DNA of 64,000 nucleotides from Candidatus Cloacimonadales bacterium. Lineage in GTDB: Bacteria > Cloacimonadota > Cloacimonadia > Cloacimonadales > JAFGVF01. Location: positions 832,001-896,000 of the forward strand of contig CAXXOU010000001.1 in the NCBI GenBank assembly GCA_963677495.2. The letters run 5' to 3'. This document shows positions 60,979 through 64,000 of the stretch, piece after piece (within the stretch, counting starts at the first letter, position 1; each line of letters begins with the position of its first letter). The notes beneath the pieces were generated by a model. It searched no databases, was not told the DNA's origin, and worked only from the letters and a program-made list of their open reading frames with translations. The translations under genes were made by a program, and so were the position numbers.

Positions 60979-61608
60979 AGACTGTACCATTTTTAAATGC
61001 CAAACTGTACCAATTTAAAATGCCATTGACATCAATACTAATTTCAGTACACGATAAGCTTCCACAATATAGCTTTTCAAGCTATGTGCAAGTGTGGACA
61101 CTCGCACTACATTGTACTGCGACTCTCCTGAGTTGCTGTGACGACAGAGTCGTCAGCTCCACTGACCGTAATTTAGAACATTACAGTCCAAGTATGTTCT
61201 CTACAGCTGACATCTCTTCAGTCAATACTAATTTCAGTACACGATAAGCTTCCACAATATAGCTTTTCAAGCTATGTGCAAGTGAGGACACTCGCACTAC
61301 GTTGTACTGCGACTCTCCTGAGTTGCTGTGACGACAGAGTCGTCAACTTCCACTGACAGTAATTTAGAACATTACAGTCCAAGTATGTTCTCTACAGCTG
61401 ACATCTCTTCAGTCAATACTAATTTCAGTACACGATAAGCTTCCACAATATAGCTTTGCAAGCTATGTGCAAGTGAGGACACTCGCACTACGATACCCAA
61501 AACCTTTCAATTCTACAGGATTGCACTATTCAAACAAAAGATAAATCTATGCTCTTTTCTTATTGACATGAAAAGAAATGTAATCATAGTCTTGTTATCG
61601 GAGGAATA

Positions 61609-63669
61609 ATGAAAGGATTATCTTTGCTTGTGATACTGCTGTTCACATTGGTTAGTTTAAATTCTATCCAAGTAGGTGGTACAATGACGCAAGATACAAT
61701 ATGGAGTCCTGCAGATAATCCTGTTCAAGTATTGGAGCATTTAATAATAAGTGAGGGTGTAACACTTACAATTCTTCCCGGAACAGAAATATATATTAGA
61801 CCTCGTCAAATATTGACATTCGAGCAATACATGGCTGGAGTGGAATATGCAGGTGGCACAAGCGAACATAAGATTATCTGGTGTTATGGTAATATTATTG
61901 CAGAAGGAACTGCTGATAACCCCATAATTTTTACAAGAATGAACGATGAAGTGAAAACTTTTTGGGGGGGAATCCTTTTTTACTATGGTAGTGAATGGGG
62001 AGTGTTTAGAAATTGCCAATTTTCATTTACTTCTGACATTATGATTGGACCTGGTTCATGGGTGATTGCTGCATTGTCTAACTGTAGTGCAAATCTTATT
62101 GTACAAGATTGTGAATTTTTTAATTGTTGGGGAAGTATTGATGATAGTGCCCGTGATAAGCAAATTGAGATTATATCAAGTTCTTTTATTACAGATGACG
62201 AACTGAATTATACAGATGATGATATTCCGGTTAAGAGGAATGCTTTAAAAGTTTTTGGAAGATATCCAATAAGAAATGAAGGTTTGATTGCTAATTGCTA
62301 TTTCGAAAACTTTAATTATGCTGATACTGATAATTTACAATGGTGTTTCAATACTCTTGAGTCGGGTGGAAATCCAACACTTATGGCAAGCTGTGATGAA
62401 TATTATAACTTCTTCTACGGTAATTCTTTTACAAATGCATTTACAGCTTTACATGTTTCTGATGTAGCATATATTAGAAATAATAGGTTTATAAGTGGAA
62501 ATGAAAGCATAGATGGAAATTCAAATGTGAAAGTAGTAAACAACTATTTTTTCTGGAATGAAATGCTTTGTGATGATGGAAGTACATATGTGAACAATAA
62601 ATTTTTTAGTGCTAGATGTTTTCCAACAAGACAAGGTTTTTCTAATAATGTTTTGCATGATATACCTTCAAATGAATCAGTTTTATACGGTTTAGAAAAT
62701 TGCCATAATAATGCAAGTATTAACAACTATTACGGAGCATCCTTTACAGGTACTTTTGTAAATGATATTATAGTAGGAAATGATAATGTTCACCCAACTA
62801 ATACAATAAGAGTTAAATCATTTCAAAACTGTATTATAGATTTCCCTATAGAAGGTGATGATATGGTGGACCTTGGAGGTAACATATTTATAGATCCAGA
62901 CAGTATAGCAAGTCTCTTTTTGGATTATGAAGGAAGAGACTTTAGACCTGCACCCGGTTCTCCTGCTATTGATGCCGGTTGTTGGGTTGATACACTAAGC
63001 TGGTGTGAGTATGCAGGTGGTTTTACTGAACGTTTTTGGGATGGAGATGGGGATGGTATTGCCCAACCGGATATTGGACCTTATGAATATGGTGCCCCTG
63101 CTCTTGGTGGAATAAAAGGTTATACACGTAAGAGCACAGGAAATAATGAGATTGTACCTTATGTTCTTATTCATAATGCGTATGATTATAGCGAATTTGT
63201 TATTAGTGATAGTCTGGGATATTATGAACTACCTCTTACAGCAGGTAGATATGAGTTTGTGGTTCAAAGAGTATTCTATGATTCTTTGTATGTTCACAAA
63301 CAGGTAAATGCAGACTATAGCTGGAATGAGTCAGATATATTTCTAGTTCAGAATACAACATATAATGATGAGTATGAAATCTCACCACAACTATCAAGCA
63401 TAGAAGTTAGTAACTTCCCTAATCCTTTTAATCCATCAACCACAATCAGCTATTCATCCCCTGAAAGTGGAGATGTGGAGGTTACTATCTTCAATGTCAG
63501 AGGACAATTAGTCAAACAACTATACAAAGGTTTCAAACCCAAAGGTGGCTATAACATCAAATGGGATGGAACAGATGAGCATAATAATACTGTTGCAACG
63601 GGTGTGTATTTTACGATTGTTAAAACTGGAAATGAGCAGAAAAGCAATAAGATGCTTTTGATGAAGTAG
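61609..63669 (+). CDS. Secreted beta-helix protein with FlgD/T9SS-like CTD (paralog of 29678..31723)
   Basis: Same architecture; C-terminal ~270 aa nearly identical to the paralog. Confidence 0.82.
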   Translation: MKGLSLLVILLFTLVSLNSIQVGGTMTQDTIWSPADNPVQVLEHLIISEGVTLTILPGTEIYIRPRQILTFEQYMAGVEYAGGTSEHKIIWCYGNIIAEGTADNPIIFTRMNDEVKTFWGGILFYYGSEWGVFRNCQFSFTSDIMIGPGSWVIAALSNCSANLIVQDCEFFNCWGSIDDSARDKQIEIISSSFITDDELNYTDDDIPVKRNALKVFGRYPIRNEGLIANCYFENFNYADTDNLQWCFNTLESGGNPTLMASCDEYYNFFYGNSFTNAFTALHVSDVAYIRNNRFISGNESIDGNSNVKVVNNYFFWNEMLCDDGSTYVNNKFFSARCFPTRQGFSNNVLHDIPSNESVLYGLENCHNNASINNYYGASFTGTFVNDIIVGNDNVHPTNTIRVKSFQNCIIDFPIEGDDMVDLGGNIFIDPDSIASLFLDYEGRDFRPAPGSPAIDAGCWVDTLSWCEYAGGFTERFWDGDGDGIAQPDIGPYEYGAPALGGIKGYTRKSTGNNEIVPYVLIHNAYDYSEFVISDSLGYYELPLTAGRYEFVVQRVFYDSLYVHKQVNADYSWNESDIFLVQNTTYNDEYEISPQLSSIEVSNFPNPFNPSTTISYSSPESGDVEVTIFNVRGQLVKQLYKGFKPKGGYNIKWDGTDEHNNTVATGVYFTIVKTGNEQKSNKMLLMK

Positions 63670-63674
63670 GGAAT

Positions 63675-63993
63675 CTACCTTTCGAATGGTCGCAGACCTT
63701 CGAAATGGTGCTCTTGTAATCTTAAGTCAACTGCCTCGAAGTGCACCATTTGCAAGGTCTGCGACCATTCCAAAGGTACAGTTGTTGAAACAAGACATCG
63801 CTTTGAGTCGAAGTACGCATTTCTTCAAACTCCTTATCAGTCGTACTGGTGACAGCTACAAAAGCACTGTTGCTGCATTTTAGAAAGTCCGTTTCCACTA
63901 CACATGCTACACATCAGACAAATTCCCTGAAATGCGATAATTTACTCCGAAGTGTACTATTCGCAAGGTCTGCTACCATTCCGTAGGTACAGG
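63675..63993 (+). repeat. Downstream repeat modules with three REP-like doublets
   Basis: 63675-63712 (inverted variant), 63737-63781, 63948-63993; 63737-63857 matches revcomp 15050-15168. Confidence 0.85.
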
Positions 63994-64000
63994 TTATTTT

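Larger units (their letters stand above)
58672..61031 (+). mobile_element. IS21 family insertion sequence (2360 bp)
   Basis: TGTCAATGGCA...TGCCATTGACA termini with internal TGGTACA repeats; 8-bp target duplication TCAATACT at 58664-58671 and 61032-61039. Confidence 0.96.
57958..61492 (+). repeat. Tandem array of 190-194-bp units (6 full plus a 16-bp partial), unit 4 split by IS21
   Basis: Unit starts GGACACTC at 57958, 58149, 58343, 58537, 61096, 61286 and 61477; near-identical sequences. Confidence 0.95.

Noticed and set aside
57958..61492. CRISPR array
   Set aside because: Units are about 191 bp and near-identical along their whole length; there are no unique spacers and no cas genes in the window.
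369..62726. Numerous 60-115 aa ORFs antisense to or nested in long genes
   Set aside because: Shadow ORFs of well-supported CDSs, with no motifs or RBS.
29678..63669. Diversity-generating retroelement (TR/VR) explaining paralog variation
   Set aside because: No reverse transcriptase in the window; the differences include indels and are not confined to adenines or to a short C-terminal region.

Overview
A low-GC bacterial chromosome segment that spans the replication origin: dnaA, a downstream DnaA-box and DnaA-trio cluster, and two parS sites. The gene content (a C25 gingipain-like polyprotein, proteins ending in an 'N(Y/F)PNPFNP' FlgD/T9SS-like domain, surA, LptE and LolA homologues) suggests a diderm of the Cloacimonadota/FCB group; this is an inference. 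1-15 kb (minus strand) holds a TetR-led ABC operon, a methyltransferase plus GAF/REC/kinase cluster, and an ABC permease-M1 peptidase operon. 16-36 kb holds large secreted proteins and a dual-cyclase STAND-TPR protein. 36-57 kb is housekeeping (dnaA to wecB). 57.5-64 kb holds a tandem array of about 191-bp structured units split by an intact IS21 element, followed by a secreted-protein paralog. The most unusual features are non-coding. A modular set of repeats brackets the secreted-protein genes, and one copy at 15 kb looks like an empty site that keeps only the last 23 codons of such a gene. Two ~160-bp inverted-repeat elements with different arm sequences but the same geometry each carry an inverted DnaA-box pair about 20 kb either side of oriC. 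There are also three 136-bp TIR elements and recurrent 11-bp-period tracts. All assignments come from reading motifs by eye; no database search was run.
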